From an uncultured archaeon (lineage in GTDB: Archaea; Iainarchaeota; Iainarchaeia; Iainarchaeales; 0-14-0-20-30-16), in NCBI GenBank assembly GCA_964480435.1, contig CAYZSS010000004.1:13839-45838 (forward strand): 32,000 nucleotides of DNA, read 5' to 3'. Positions 18,201 through 24,710 of the stretch are shown one piece after another (positions within the stretch are counted from its first letter, which is position 1; each line of letters begins with the position of its first letter). Below the pieces are notes generated by a model. It did no database searches, had not been told where the DNA came from, and saw only the letters and a list, made by a program, of their open reading frames with translations. A program made the position numbers and the translations under genes.

Positions 18201-21200
18201 TTGTGGAATTACACCTCAATTATTTGTTGATAGTTTATTACAAAACACAGGTCAGAATGAAAAAGGATTTTCAAATTATGCTTTGATTTATGAACCAGGT
18301 GTTGAAAGTAGAGAAACATGTAAACTATTAGAAAACTTTTTGAAATCTAACCCTAATATTGGAAAAGGTGGGGTGTTTAATATAACACAAAAAGGATCAA
18401 ACAAATATGCCTTAATAAATTATGAAGACTGCCAACTGGATCAAAAAAGCATAGTTGCAGCAATGACTGACAATGTTGATGCTTCAAAATTGGGTGTTGC
18501 TACCGCAGCAGGAATGGCAGCCTGTATGACTCTGGAAATGGGTGCAGGAAAAGTATTAACTAAATTGCTTGGCCCAATAGGGTTTGTTGCGTCCGCAGTT
18601 GATTGTGGAATTATGATGAGTTTCAATGTGGGTAGTGAATTATATAAAACTCATAGACTAAAAGCTGAAGCAGGATTAAGCGAGAAAAATGCTCTTGATT
18701 CTATTCACGATGGTTTGGCATCTGTCCCTGTTCTGGGTACTATTTTGGGGATGGAAGAATATAATAATATTGATGAGCAAATAGCGGCAGCACAAGAAAC
18801 ACAAGACCCAAGTGCTCTGGCTAGTCTAACTAATGGTGCAAATGAAACCCTAATGACAAGTACCACAGATAATGAGAATGCAAATGCAGAAGTAGGTGCA
18901 GTAGGGTTTTTAAGAGGAGTATTGAATTCAAGAAAAGCAACAGGAATAACTAAGACTGAAACAGTGGTTCCTGGTACCCCTGGCACTCCTGCGGAAGGAG
19001 GGACAACGACTCCACCAACAGAAACACCCCCTACTACTGGTGAAGGTGGCACTCCAACTGAACCAGAAGCAGGCACTCCTAATGAAGGGGCAACAACTGG
19101 TGAAGGTGGAGATACTTCTACCCCTCCCCCTGAAGAGGGAGGAGCGACTCCGCCAGCAGAAACAACTGAGCCAATAACTCCTCAGGTTACTGATGAGGAA
19201 TTATTAAGGGCACAGCAAGCAATAGCCGATGCGGAAGCTGATTTAGCAGCAAAAAAACAAGTGCTGGATGCCGCTAATGCAAAGTCAACTGTAGCAAATG
19301 GAAATAAAGTCGCTGCACAAAGAGCAGTAACAGATTCAAGAATTAGAGTTGCAGACGCTATTGAAAAAAGAGAAGCGCTAGAAAATTATTTAAAAAATGT
19401 AGAGGCTGGATTAACAGAAACACATAAAGAGCTAGCAGCAATAGCAGAAAAAAGATTGGGTTTAGAAGATTTAATGGATGAAACTGGAGAATCATTAAGG
19501 GAAGCAAAAAATAAATTAGCAACAACTATTGGAGAAAGAGATGCCGCACAGATTTTATTGGATGACCTAATAGAACAAAGAAAAGGCGGACTTGAAATGC
19601 CCATTGATGATATTGTAAAAATAGAAGCAGATATAGTTGCCACACAAAATAAATTAAACTCACTTAATGAATTTGTAGCAGCTCAACCAAAAGCAATAAC
19701 TCCTTTACAGGATTTATATGATGCATCACAAAGATCATTCTCCGCAGTTTTAGCTGAGGAAGAAACAATTTTTGAAGGGCTAAAAAATGCAGAAGGAGCA
19801 AGAGTTTCTAGTGAATTTGTGCCCGCAAAAATAATAGCAGAAGAAAACGCAAAAAAAATATTATTTGATGCAGAAAGTGCTTTGAAAACAGCAACAAAAG
19901 AAGTAGCAACAGTTGCAGCAGAAGTAAAAGCCGCACAAAAAGCAGTAACAGCAGCAGAAGCAATAAGAACAAATGCACTTGCAAATGAAAAAAGTTTACT
20001 ATCTGTGAAAGAATTCTTAAAAACTCCCACTCAAATAAATGAGGCCTTAACTAGGGTGTCAAACAATGTTGATGAATTGGATGATTTAGTAAGAAGAGCT
20101 AGAGGGGGAGTAAATGCTGAAACAAAAGCTGGTTTAGAATCAGCAATAAGGCAAAAAGCTATAACAATAAATAAAGAATATGCAGCAATATCTCAATCAT
20201 TAAGTTCTGAAGCACCAGCAAAATGGAAGTTCTGGGCTACTAATCAACAAAAAAAGATAATAAAAGCTTACAATAAATTGGGACTTGCGGGTGCTGAAAC
20301 AGATACCGCATTTGGAAAAAAATTAGTATCAAAATGGACTTATAATAGAAAGTCTGATGCTCTAAAGAATGCAATAGATAATAGATTAACACCTCCAACA
20401 ACTGCAGCAGAAGCAGCAGTGGAAACCAAGGCTGTTGAAAATGCAGGAAAAGAAGCAGCAGCAACAAAAGTAAAAGCTACTAAACCTGTGGCCGCAACAG
20501 AACCCCCTAAAGTAACTCCTCCTCCAGAAGTAGGAGCAACAGCAGGAGGAACAGTTGGAGAAGAAGCAAAAACAGTAATAACAAAAACAGGAACAAGTAA
20601 ATTTGGAAACTTTATGAAAGGTATGGCAGTTGGAATTATAGGAGGTACCGCTGGTACAATCGCATTTTATGCTATGCTTGATTATGAACTGTCCAGTTCA
20701 AAATTAAATTTGATAACTATTGATGTTACTGCTCCAAGGCAGATATACAATTATAGTTCATATGTTGGATCGGTAAATCCTTTATTTAATACATCGAGAG
20801 ATCTGAATATTTTTGAGGGTTCAGATGGAAATGAGCTTGATAATTGTAGTGTTCTTGGGCAGTCAAAAGGATTCCAGGAAGTCCAGGGAACAAAAACAGG
20901 AATAGGTGGGAGTGGGACAGTAGGTTCTGAGCCTTCTGCATATGACTCATTAATAATAAAGGCGGCAAACAGCGCAGGAATAGAACCTGAATTATTGAAA
21001 GCAATATTAAAATCTGAGTCTGGTTTTAACACAAATTCAATTTCTGGATCTGGCTGTTCTGGATTAGGGCAGATTTGTAGAACAAGCGCAAATATAGAAT
21101 ATATAAAAGTGCAATGTTCTCAAAGCAAAACAGATGGTCCAAAAAAGTGTGATGTTACCACCTGTAAGAGTAGCGGGAGTTATGTTTGGTGTGATGCCTG

Positions 21201-22650
21201 TACTTCGGATGGTCCTAATTGTGTTGCAGATGATAGATTTGATCCTGAAAAGAATCTTATGGCCTCAGCTTTAATAGTGAAATCAAAAGCTAATTCAGTA
21301 GGAGACTGTGGAAAAGATAAAATAAAAGCCTGGGTTGCGGCTTATAACATGGGTCAAAAATGGGTTAATCAGGCAGTTGTTATGAATGGTGGAAATTGTG
21401 ATGATTGGGCTAATGAGGTTTGGTATAAACTAAAAGAAATAACTGATACAAACCCAGACTTAACCTATGAAAAAATAGCTAATAAAAAAGGTGATTATAC
21501 TAATACAAGTAGTGATTATGTTGCAAAAATTTATGATCAATATTTAGCATATAAAAATAATGGCCTTTCTGGTGGACAAAGTACTAACTCTAGTACAGGG
21601 TCAGGTGTAGGTACAGGAACAAGTATAGCAAATAATGCTAAGCCTTTGGAAAACTGTAGTGAAATAATGTTAGTAGGGGATTCCTTGACCGTTGGATATT
21701 CTCCCATATTTAATAGTAAATTTTGTGAAGGAGTAACTATTTGTGCTGTGGGTGGAAAACAAACTGATTGGATGTTCCAGACTTGTTTTACAGATGCAAA
21801 ATTAGCAAATATAAAATATGTTGTAATTATGGGTGGAATAAATGATTTATCAGCTAATAAGGCAGCAAGTACAATTCGGAATAATTTAACTCAAATGTAT
21901 TCTAAAGCAAAATCTAAAGGGATACCTGTTATTGCAATAACTTTACTTCCTTGGAAAGGATATAGAACTTGGACAGAAGCAAAACAAACAACTCAAGAAG
22001 GAATAAACAATTGGATAAAATCTTCACCGCTTGTTAGTTCTGTTTTAGATGGTTATGCTCTGTTTGATAATGGCTCTGATGAAATAATAGCTGAATATAA
22101 TTCAGGAAAACTTCATCTGACTAATTCAGGGTATGAAGTTTTGGCTAATGCAGTATTAGCAAAGTTTATGGAACTAAGTTCAGCTTCTGGGCAAACATCT
22201 GCTGGTGCTGGTACAACACCTCCCCCTGCAACTCCGCCTCCTGCACAAAAACCAGCTGATCCGCTAAGCACAGCAAAAGAATTACTTTCAAGTAATGGCT
22301 TTGATCCTGCTCTTTTACCTGCGGATAACTATATTGGCTCTGTAATTGTAAATGGGAATCAAATTACTGCTAATTTAACTGGTCAGATGTGTTCTAAGGT
22401 TGATGGTTTAACTGGTACTTTAGTTGCTGGTTATGATTCAGCACATAAAATCTGTTTTTCAGTAACTCCTGGGCAAATAAATCCTTGTAGTGGAAATGAA
22501 ATATATGGACTAAAAGGGGATGCAGGTTTTATTACAGCTAAGATAACCCAGATAGTTAAATCTGGCACTTCTTATACAATAAAAACAACTATACAGGACC
22601 AAGTTGTTGCTCAGAATAAGCTTGCGGGAATAGCATATGCTCCTTGCTAA
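12271..22650 (+). CDS. giant (3,459 aa) membrane-anchored multidomain surface protein with C-terminal SLT lytic transglycosylase and SGNH hydrolase domains
   Basis: A single uninterrupted 10,380-nt ORF. Codon usage is consistent with its neighbours. Domain evidence is itemised in the sub-features below. Confidence 0.9.
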   Translation: MTMGLGEFFGKINEKMNSGYNKIVEFLDAKGIPAQKYTDFLEEKGIPAMWFTLLMILVIISVIVLLVTIIFTPSTNLTISIMTNDGFSPDSVFLNITKVADGQVIISEQVKDGTEIKIKGVGVGDSLYFSGTLEGYSYDSPNNVSISEKNLTVTLIFNKEEQTGSVSFKVINKEEQTSVANALISFSDSGDTLSSGPTDEYGAFKLILPMKKINVTVDKDGYEPYSKTIDLLEGNDYIIELVPKEFDPNAEGNFKFIVKDTSLNSLNNVSIDVYNLKTNSKIGTALTNTDGIGIFNTKKGTSIRFVAKKEGYETFDSNIEGISRTLVTDEELISLSMFAGGSKLKVIVKDELGVTLDNVYVALYTSMLLEQMQETTDIGGVAEFSGLDYTILKYASVYKEGYYPQTQTIDGSGEITFTLEKVDLSKAAIVDVFCVDSDKKPVGDAFLELSYDENSELFPLAYPNPTTSVTGYFTFNFKPDVVLYASASTEEGYGSASLLLKQGRNRLDISMTKTGSKFTMYLYDKDGNPLSNAHVMLFDKQGNLVFDGYTDATGKIEADALGNKELDMYVTDENGNNYSMTINPKDKMQIKLDAAKNTDNLFVALSKVTDLEGNEVSALQKGKTYFLLFNIFWPAGFYNGGLHVRVGKDSDKFAASQDVGIIGYDGIADSVKYGIMFSPLPLPGDYSTDYYSTGSAGQFNKWMELYFSAPSGNSTVKVRIKSKANTDINSFEVRYRAWTDEAGTISRMPVDNILGQEENTKTKYGLYADAYMKEISLMSGSLNCQYDVCVSYKIIDDQYTYDIAKFNSVLDYYYALDVELTSTSEQNLSLSVQTEDNPKLYLNNVDMDATTFNPGTENNTKLNTSFDLGAMENKTIRVYFNPFKEGLTKIDVKTITPKGVIEKTIPVNIFPKKEMQVILSSDFIPTGQDFFVIVKESNGDYIPNAQITISDNKTKQNKMFIEGTGQIDLGKEGKYTIKNSLDSAFYLMSVSAPGYLPKEMEFLVGNVGALFVKGENEIIVPKTAKQATIKIPVQNKSKLPIDSMQINVISSTLSTNFAFNARMVTPAIPANSLADMSVSVNYSGAEDMENGVVELEILGVQNSKDIVRVRTKVFVYYNKEIKNVNCLWVSKESLVYSLPAIQNAKEEDSLVVKNNCEYDLKVMPSLVSEDSANYGLQMQILGFDIKKGEEKVVNLSLINQNPSVQADETKILSLYFATDYFTKNIPVSVTIWNASGSLSILTAGQIFISAFKELQSQYVPVIIQNVGRLPIYNIQLAASNNKYQVQSAQQYPDLISSSVNSNSSGITKDYYANLQNAQSQYNSVYNSPSIGSNLSASQGINFIPATIQVLAPGQSTMLQGYINMPSSSKQTEMYYLLNAKGTVQGLNQPITAQSMLVIHVSPDKCVTLKQETKLTYISDILGKDLARTFTLINNCAEPVNITGINESDLFGNKVVLSAPNGSTINLGQEKEFILTITASKEISRDNSVFVKAQLGTSNAPFNIPLIVNLRFGGGASTSAGEANVSEEKRIKNCTTNEEVSVFYPRMSNADCSTMGYCDGESMSKFLIAKLKFYLDVYNKKLATINNKLINTNCKLGSTACSFEDFGLEPLEMDVYFANDKLTEEQMKLDFKKMNMGLLETAITDKVVLTDVTSTWAKRLYLDKQLDGCGKYKIRITGAVMVINNDSIQRDSYNMYIEVLSKEKTPQCDIKVQNALNFLPKDAQTKKDNPYGLRIGYVDYASSNLEKIAAKVSTSLFSVDRYMKSKPNTIFLKTDSVAEGNLVEFSIAKTGTDVVTTVKINKNLDLSNVAIIDDIVKAIMGFINGNFDGCMNLTSDGVPNSAQVKSGTGGITGTKKDAKEVYSGDIKIGVCDKLPLGKGKWSCTINLESQSLGRLNLALTYPEGTGFEAYIDSPGQKSKSVDLKKNGNKYEGSSKITVEISDPFLVNSGANNDSVGLFYYAEKDGIQTDPIRIGFDPACGITPQLFVDSLLQNTGQNEKGFSNYALIYEPGVESRETCKLLENFLKSNPNIGKGGVFNITQKGSNKYALINYEDCQLDQKSIVAAMTDNVDASKLGVATAAGMAACMTLEMGAGKVLTKLLGPIGFVASAVDCGIMMSFNVGSELYKTHRLKAEAGLSEKNALDSIHDGLASVPVLGTILGMEEYNNIDEQIAAAQETQDPSALASLTNGANETLMTSTTDNENANAEVGAVGFLRGVLNSRKATGITKTETVVPGTPGTPAEGGTTTPPTETPPTTGEGGTPTEPEAGTPNEGATTGEGGDTSTPPPEEGGATPPAETTEPITPQVTDEELLRAQQAIADAEADLAAKKQVLDAANAKSTVANGNKVAAQRAVTDSRIRVADAIEKREALENYLKNVEAGLTETHKELAAIAEKRLGLEDLMDETGESLREAKNKLATTIGERDAAQILLDDLIEQRKGGLEMPIDDIVKIEADIVATQNKLNSLNEFVAAQPKAITPLQDLYDASQRSFSAVLAEEETIFEGLKNAEGARVSSEFVPAKIIAEENAKKILFDAESALKTATKEVATVAAEVKAAQKAVTAAEAIRTNALANEKSLLSVKEFLKTPTQINEALTRVSNNVDELDDLVRRARGGVNAETKAGLESAIRQKAITINKEYAAISQSLSSEAPAKWKFWATNQQKKIIKAYNKLGLAGAETDTAFGKKLVSKWTYNRKSDALKNAIDNRLTPPTTAAEAAVETKAVENAGKEAAATKVKATKPVAATEPPKVTPPPEVGATAGGTVGEEAKTVITKTGTSKFGNFMKGMAVGIIGGTAGTIAFYAMLDYELSSSKLNLITIDVTAPRQIYNYSSYVGSVNPLFNTSRDLNIFEGSDGNELDNCSVLGQSKGFQEVQGTKTGIGGSGTVGSEPSAYDSLIIKAANSAGIEPELLKAILKSESGFNTNSISGSGCSGLGQICRTSANIEYIKVQCSQSKTDGPKKCDVTTCKSSGSYVWCDACTSDGPNCVADDRFDPEKNLMASALIVKSKANSVGDCGKDKIKAWVAAYNMGQKWVNQAVVMNGGNCDDWANEVWYKLKEITDTNPDLTYEKIANKKGDYTNTSSDYVAKIYDQYLAYKNNGLSGGQSTNSSTGSGVGTGTSIANNAKPLENCSEIMLVGDSLTVGYSPIFNSKFCEGVTICAVGGKQTDWMFQTCFTDAKLANIKYVVIMGGINDLSANKAASTIRNNLTQMYSKAKSKGIPVIAITLLPWKGYRTWTEAKQTTQEGINNWIKSSPLVSSVLDGYALFDNGSDEIIAEYNSGKLHLTNSGYEVLANAVLAKFMELSSASGQTSAGAGTTPPPATPPPAQKPADPLSTAKELLSSNGFDPALLPADNYIGSVIVNGNQITANLTGQMCSKVDGLTGTLVAGYDSAHKICFSVTPGQINPCSGNEIYGLKGDAGFITAKITQIVKSGTSYTIKTTIQDQVVAQNKLAGIAYAPC
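12415..12483 (+). other. giant protein: N-terminal TM anchor (aa 49-71)
   Basis: 'MWFTLLMILVIISVIVLLVTIIF' follows a 48-aa Lys/Glu-containing soluble stub. It resembles a signal-anchor rather than a cleaved signal peptide. Confidence 0.7.
12499..14046 (+). repeat. giant protein: six tandem ~80-aa carboxypeptidase-regulatory-like beta-sandwich repeats (protein-level repeats)
   Basis: Each unit reads roughly as 'x(V/I)xVxDxxxxP(L/V)xxAxVxL ... T(D/N)xxGxxxF ... GxYxxxxxK(E/D)GY(E/Y)'. Examples are 'TDEYGAFKL..VDKDGYEPY', 'TNTDGIGIF..AKKEGYETF', 'TDIGGVAEF..VYKEGYYPQ' and 'TDATGKIEA'. A seventh copy lies at nt 15013-15282. Confidence 0.65.
18490..18624 (+). other. giant protein: pair of Gly/Ala-rich hydrophobic segments (possible TM hairpin or membrane-insertion segments)
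   Basis: 'LGVATAAGMAACMTLEMGAG' and 'LLGPIGFVASAVDCGIMMSF' are separated by 5 residues. Each contains charged residue(s), so membrane spanning is uncertain. Confidence 0.4.
18967..19185 (+). repeat. giant protein: Pro/Thr/Glu/Gly low-complexity linker
   Basis: 'PGTPGTPAEGGTTTPPTETPPTTGEGGTPTEPEAGTPNEGATTGEGGDTSTPPPEEGGATPPAETTEPITP', with 'TTGEGG' occurring twice. GC is locally elevated. Confidence 0.85.
19189..20388 (+). other. giant protein: ~400-aa Ala/Glu/Lys-rich alpha-helical (coiled-coil-like) region
   Basis: Long Pro-poor stretches such as 'LLRAQQAIADAEADLAAKKQVLDAANAK' and 'ATKEVATVAAEVKAAQKAVTAAEAIRTNALANEK'. This is judged by eye; no coiled-coil predictor was run. Confidence 0.6.
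20620..20679 (+). other. giant protein: internal Gly-zipper-like TM helix (aa 2784-2803)
   Basis: 'GMAVGIIGGTAGTIAFYAML' is preceded by a second Pro/Ala/Thr-rich linker (20389-20570). Confidence 0.6.
20935..21450 (+). other. giant protein: SLT (family-1 lytic transglycosylase) domain
   Basis: Motif I 'LLKAILKSESGFN' (Glu2916, codon 21016-21018), motif II 'GLGQI' (GLMQ-like) and motif III 'AAYNMGQ' (AYNxG). A Cys-rich insertion lies between motifs II and III. Confidence 0.8.
21655..22176 (+). other. giant protein: SGNH/GDSL hydrolase domain
   Basis: Block I 'MLVGDSLTVG' (Ser3138, codon 21682-21684), block II 'AVGGKQT', block III 'IMGGINDL' and block V 'KLHLTNSGYEVLA'. His is present, but the Asp of DxxH is not. 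Confidence 0.8.
22264..22647 (+). other. giant protein: ~128-aa C-terminal domain of unknown function after a third Pro-rich linker
   Basis: Follows 'GTTPPPATPPPAQKPADP'. It contains 4 Cys and ends 'GIAYAPC'. There is no TM segment and no recognisable sorting signal. Confidence 0.4.
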
Positions 22651-22931
22651 TAAACTTAAATAAAATATGCAAAATATAATTTGTGTAAGAAGCAAAAAAT
22701 ACTCTATTGAGGTATTAATATGAGTCCGCCATTGAAAAGACCAGTGCATTTTATGCCACCCCACAAAAGAGTTAAAGTGACAACAAAAAACCATTTTAAT
22801 ATATTATGTCGGAACTCGTTCTGATATAAAAATTCCAAATATACTAACCTTTAAAATACTTTTGCATAGTTAATTATTTAGGGCACATTTTTCACATTTA
22901 TATTTATAATTTTCCACCTGGGGGTATATTT

Positions 22932-23165
22932 TTGCCGAATATAGACATTCTTAATCATATTTTAGTACCTAAGTTTGAAATAATGAAAGACGAAGAACTA
23001 AAACTTTTTTTTAAAGAAAGGGGAATAAGTAGAACTGAACTTCCCACAATGAAAGCAATAGACCCTGTTGTACCTCTTATTAATGCAAAATCTGGTGATG
23101 TTGTAAAGATCACTCGAAAATCAAATTTTGGTGGAATTTGCTATTACTATAGGGTTGTGGAGTGA
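22932..23165 (+). CDS. rpoH: DNA-directed RNA polymerase subunit H (Rpo5)
   Basis: 'NHILVPKFEIMKDEE...LPTMKAIDPVV...GDVVKITRKS...YYRVV' matches the RpoH signature. TTG start, with no in-frame ATG or GTG upstream of the conserved HILVPK. GGGGGT is SD-like and lies 6 nt upstream. Confidence 0.85.
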   Translation: MPNIDILNHILVPKFEIMKDEELKLFFKERGISRTELPTMKAIDPVVPLINAKSGDVVKITRKSNFGGICYYYRVVE

Positions 23166-23170
23166 TATTT

Positions 23171-24643
23171 ATGACATATTGGCCGCTTGTAGAATCATAT
23201 TTTAAAAGTACAGACTTAATTAAGCAAAATATTGAGTCATATAATCTATTTTTAGAGAAAGAACTTCCCGAAATTATAAAAGAAAATACTATAATTGAAT
23301 CAAAGGTTGGAAATGTAGAATTAGAAATAAGTAATTTACAAATTCTGCCTCCTCAAGTAATTGAGGCAGATGGTTCCAGAAGAAATGATGTATATCCAAT
23401 GGAAATAAGATTAAGAGATAAGAGCTACACAGCCCCAATTTATGTTGATATTAATTTGAAAAGAAAAGGTGTTGTTTACGATCAAAAAAGAAGTTATATT
23501 GGTGACTTGCCAATTATGGTGAAATCAAATAAATGTTTACTTAATGGCTTATCAAAAGAAGAACTAATTGCTTTGGCAGAAGACCCAAAAGATCCTGGTG
23601 GATACTTTATAATTAATGGTAGTGAAAAAATAATTGTAAACCAAGAAATATTAGCAGATAAAAGAATGCTTGTTTCTGATTTGTCAAATGGGAAAGTTTC
23701 CGTAGATGTAATTTCTACAAAAGGAGCATTTAGAGGAAAAGTAAAAATTTTAAGAAATCCAAATGGATTATTAGAAGTATCATTCCCGTCCAGTCCTAAA
23801 AAATTAAAACTATTTATTCTATTAAGGGCTTTGGGGTTAGAAACCTATGAAGAATTTTCAAATGCTTTTTCTGGAAAGCAAGAAGTAAAAAACGATATTT
23901 TACTTAATTTTGAAAAAGTTGGTGCAGAAACCGAAGAAGATGCTTTGGATAAAATTGGTAAATATGTTGCGCCAGGCCAGATTATAAGTTATAGACTTAG
24001 AAGAGCGCAAGAAGTAATAGATTCTTTCCTACTTCCTCATATTGGACAAACTCCACAAAAAAGGTTGATGAAGGCATATTATTTAGCAACTATGGCTGAA
24101 AGAGCAATAGAAAGAGCCTATGGAAAAAGGCAAGAAGATGATAAAGACAATTATATGAATAAAAAAATTGATATGAGTGGAAAATTATTAGCTCAACAAT
24201 TTAGATATGCTTTCAAATTTTTTGTAAGCGATATAAAATTCCAAATTGATAGAAATATTGTAAGAAGAAGAAAACTAAATATTAATACAATAATTAGACC
24301 AAGTGCTTTAACAGATAGATTGAACTTTGCTATGGCTACAGGTAGCTGGGCTGCAAGGTTGCAAGGTGTTTCAAAGTATGTTGAAAAAATCAATTGGTTA
24401 TGTAACTATATTGAATTAAGAAGAGTAAGATCTACTTTGGACAGAACAAGAGAGAATTATGAAGCTAGAGATGTGCATGGTTCCGCATTGGGGAGAATTT
24501 GTCCAATACAAACTCCGGATGGTCCTATGTGTGGTTTAGCAAAGAATCTGGCATTAATGTCTAAAGTTACAAATGAAATAGATTCTGAATCTGTTCAAAA
24601 TACAGTAACTAAATTAGGTGTTGTAGAGAGATCTAAAAAGTAA
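23171..24643 (+). CDS. rpoB2: DNA-directed RNA polymerase subunit B'' (N-terminal half of split Rpo2)
   Basis: 'SYNLFLEKELPEII', 'GDLPIMVKSNKC', 'DPGGYFIINGSEKIIVNQE' and 'ICPIQTPDGPMCGLAKNLALM'. The SD GAGTGAT contains the rpoH TGA stop. The ORF track starts at GTG 23162. Confidence 0.95.
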   Translation: MTYWPLVESYFKSTDLIKQNIESYNLFLEKELPEIIKENTIIESKVGNVELEISNLQILPPQVIEADGSRRNDVYPMEIRLRDKSYTAPIYVDINLKRKGVVYDQKRSYIGDLPIMVKSNKCLLNGLSKEELIALAEDPKDPGGYFIINGSEKIIVNQEILADKRMLVSDLSNGKVSVDVISTKGAFRGKVKILRNPNGLLEVSFPSSPKKLKLFILLRALGLETYEEFSNAFSGKQEVKNDILLNFEKVGAETEEDALDKIGKYVAPGQIISYRLRRAQEVIDSFLLPHIGQTPQKRLMKAYYLATMAERAIERAYGKRQEDDKDNYMNKKIDMSGKLLAQQFRYAFKFFVSDIKFQIDRNIVRRRKLNINTIIRPSALTDRLNFAMATGSWAARLQGVSKYVEKINWLCNYIELRRVRSTLDRTRENYEARDVHGSALGRICPIQTPDGPMCGLAKNLALMSKVTNEIDSESVQNTVTKLGVVERSKK

Positions 24644-24710
24644 TATTAATAAAAAATAAACAAAAAAAATAATAGAAAAAAAATAAAAGTAGCAATAAGA
24701 ACCAAAAAAA

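Noticed and set aside
18705-20030. Long antisense ORFs inside the giant gene (18705..19076, 19386..19643, 19683..20030; also 20751..21032 and others)
   Set aside because: They lie opposite the Pro/Thr/Ala/Glu-rich part of the sense ORF, whose GCN/GAA/ACN codons rarely create antisense stops. Their translations are low-complexity, they have no SD or TATA, and the sense frame has strong domain evidence.
22510-22794. 94-aa - strand ORF spanning the end of the giant gene and the downstream spacer
   Set aside because: It overlaps the giant CDS by about 140 nt. The translation is Cys/Phe/Trp-rich and implausible, and there is no SD. The only notable thing here is the GC-richer patch, which is reported separately.
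22700-22830. C/D-box sRNA in the giant-gene/rpoH spacer
   Set aside because: A CTGA (D-box-like) is present at 22821-22824, but there is no RUGAUGA C box at a suitable distance (about 50-60 nt). The candidate would also be too long.
22263-22931. Diversity-generating retroelement target at the C-terminus of the giant protein
   Set aside because: I considered this because giant surface proteins of small-genome archaea can be DGR targets. There is no reverse transcriptase in the window, and I could find no template-repeat-like near-duplicate of the 3' coding region in the flanking spacer.
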